A stretch of 63,856 nt of DNA, filler included, from Folioceros fuciformis (taxonomy: Eukaryota), in the NCBI GenBank assembly GCA_049999805.1. It is 6 parts of 6 records of this genome, joined end to end, with 100 filler letters (N's around TTAATTAATTAA, not from the genome) between each part and the next. Parts side by side here need not be neighbours in the genome. Positions count along the whole stretch, not along the records: positions 57,225 to 63,856 come from JBNGIO010004172.1; 5 more parts are not named here. One strand, 5' to 3'. Under the pieces are notes generated by a model. It made no database searches, had not been told where the DNA came from, and saw only the letters and a program-made list of their open reading frames with translations. Below, in pieces: positions 61,591 to 63,856 of the stretch. Position numbers and translations under genes: made by a program. Numbering within the stretch: the stretch's first letter is position 1; every line of letters starts with the position of its first letter.

Positions 61591-63856
61591 AAGGAGATAG
61601 TCATTCTGCCATGGCACAGAGACGTCATTCTGGAAATATGTTCATATATAGATTTTATAATTATATGTCAAAGTATATCAAACTAAATAAATAGCTAAAA
61701 ATAAATAAAAATTAGCATACCAAATTAGGTAATGCTCAAGGGATTAGCTAGAGATACAATTTGGGTATATATCTTGTGGGTAGCATTTATGAATAGCAAG
61801 CACAAAGTGTGTCTACAAAACTCATGTATCAGGGGCATACTAGCTTCACAACTATAACTATCACCTCATGAGGATGGGAAGCTAGTTAAGTAGAAGGTAG
61901 AGGAGGAGCACCTTAGAATGTTTTTGTTCTAAGGCATGGAAAAATAAGTTGTTGTTCGATCATGAGTGCACATTCTCATTGTGCCGACACTTAAGGTTGA
62001 AGCACAAGCTAAGGCAAGCATTCTTTTGGTACAAACATGTTATGTGCAAAGGTGTGCAGGACTGCTCATCGCTACCAAAGTCCATTGTCATAGACAGCTG
62101 AGCCTAATAGGCACGAGCAATGAACAACATAAACTTGCAAGCGTGGCAATATCTCGCCACCCTTAGACCACGGGTGGGCACTCTTGACGAAAGTGAGCAC
62201 TAGTCTAGATCTGTTGGTTTGGGCATACAATCGTAGAGCGACACCCTAAACCAATAAATACCATTGTCCTTACAAACATTAGTACAATCATGGGTGCCGA
62301 CTTCAAAGGTGGCCAGGGAGGGTGCCAGCTAGCCGGCACCTTCCCTGGCTTTACATTTCTTGTAACCTGTATAACCCACATGCATTGTTGTATTGGAGGA
62401 ACCTAGCCGCACATTATTCTGTTTTAAGACAATTATGTATTCCATTATGTATAAGGAGCGGAGATGAGAACTTGAAATCCTAACTATAAGCTTACTCTAC
62501 ATGAGGATCTTCCGTAGGCTCAAAGTCAAAAACTATCAACACATTTCCTAGCATAGCTATCTCCTTTGCACCAAAAGTATCAACCACCTTCAGCAGCTTA
62601 GCATCAAAATCTGCATCTTCTTCCCAATTGGTGTCCTCACTAGCTATGGAAGACCACATGTGCAATAACCCTCCCCTGAACTATCGGTTTGAATGATTTT
62701 TTTTGTTTTCCTTACGTTTTGCGTGATGGAGTGTTCAAGAACTGCCCAGGGCAAGGCTCTTTATATTAAAAGTTGTCCTTAGCCTGTGGGAGTACCACTT
62801 CTGGGATTTTGTTTTTCTTTTCTTTTACAAATAACTAGTCCTTGGACCTTGAATTGAGAATGTCAGGCCAGGCTAGAAGGATGAGGGATGTCGTGAGCAT
62901 GAAGGTGCTCATGTCCTAGGTTCTACCTGCAAGGTGAGTGAGTGCTCACTCTAAATATGTATGTTGTGGTTGGGGCAGTGGGGGGCAGGGACTACTATAG
63001 CCACTGGCTGTTATTAGTGGCTTCTTCAAATGGGAGCTAGAGCATATCCTTCACAAGTGGTGTCGAAGGAAAGGATTGAAGAGGAGGTTAGAACATGGGT
63101 GGAGGAGCGAATAATTTGGCTGTCCAGTGATGAAGAATGAAGGAACTTTCGCAGAGGACATGGACGGATGGCATCTCCTAGGAGGAATGAAGAGACATAC
63201 ATTGGACAACAGAAGTGAGGTGGAGGTATTGTGGGAAGATCTTTCGGATCAAAGGTGTGGTAGGGGAAAGGGGAATGCCCATGGACCGAAGGGCTAGACG
63301 GTCACAGGGGAGGTGTGCCCACTAATTTAGGAGGAGAGTAGTATCATAGGTCATGATTTTCTTTTGGATTAGAAGATAAGGTGCTAGAAAATTTTGAACC
63401 CAGGCATGCTGAATTTGTAGTTGCACCCATGATAGGCTAGTTGTTTTTGGACTCTAGAAAGTTGCGGGAGTAATGGCACTCCGAGCCCAAATGTACAAGA
63501 GACTTTTTTGTGTCTCTCTCTTTAGACAATTTCAGGTGTGAGCTCTAGTGTGTTGAATTTGTACGCGTGGTTGGTTGGAGATGTCCGATCGATGGTGGAT
63601 TGATTCGGTGTGTTGTCCTCTCGTCATAAGAGGATAGGGAGATCCCTAAGTGGTCGAGAGTTTTGTGACCAAGCTCTGCAACTGGGGTGATTGGTGGTGA
63701 AGAATGCTTAGCACCTAGCAAGGGAAGAAAATCTATACAAAAGGCCAAGGTAGGAAAACGACTAAACACCTGGGAAGCAGGGAGGGAATGCCTGTGGATC
63801 CCTATAGAGCTATCCAGCTGTTTACTTTTTACTTTTCTTATTCCGCTGTCTAACCA

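Noticed and set aside
62700-63856. Possible LINE ORF1 remnant
   Set aside because: It is purine-rich decayed sequence with no diagnostic motif that I can read.

Overview
This is eukaryotic plant nuclear DNA. The compact GC-rich genes with ~70-150 bp introns suggest a non-seed land plant, possibly a Selaginella-like lycophyte (inference). The window is not contiguous: five artificial 100-bp spacers (N-TTAATTAATTAA-N) join six segments. Segment 1 (1-23808) begins with TE debris: a Ty1/copia gag-protease, a ~180-bp satellite, a decayed trihelix/Myb-SANT ORF and an intron-containing IS3EU-like DDE integrase between long inverted repeats. It continues into a compact gene block: Dabb barrel protein, class III peroxidase, intronless WOX13, CMT1/PAM71-HL, a short CWF19L2, COPT5-like and FtsHi2. 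Segment 2 (23909-31169) is one AT-rich giant gene whose exons can be spliced in frame for ~1900 aa up to a kinase-like Gly-rich loop. Segments 3-6 are nested retroelements: several copia, a gypsy remnant, L1-like LINEs, a CRE-clade element, solo LTRs and foldbacks. The leading novelty candidate is a copia lineage with a conserved extra ORF (ORF0) between the PBS and gag, seen in two diverged copies. The next candidates are the spliced IS3EU-like transposase and the giant uncharacterised kinase gene. All homology calls come from motif recognition by eye; no database search was run.
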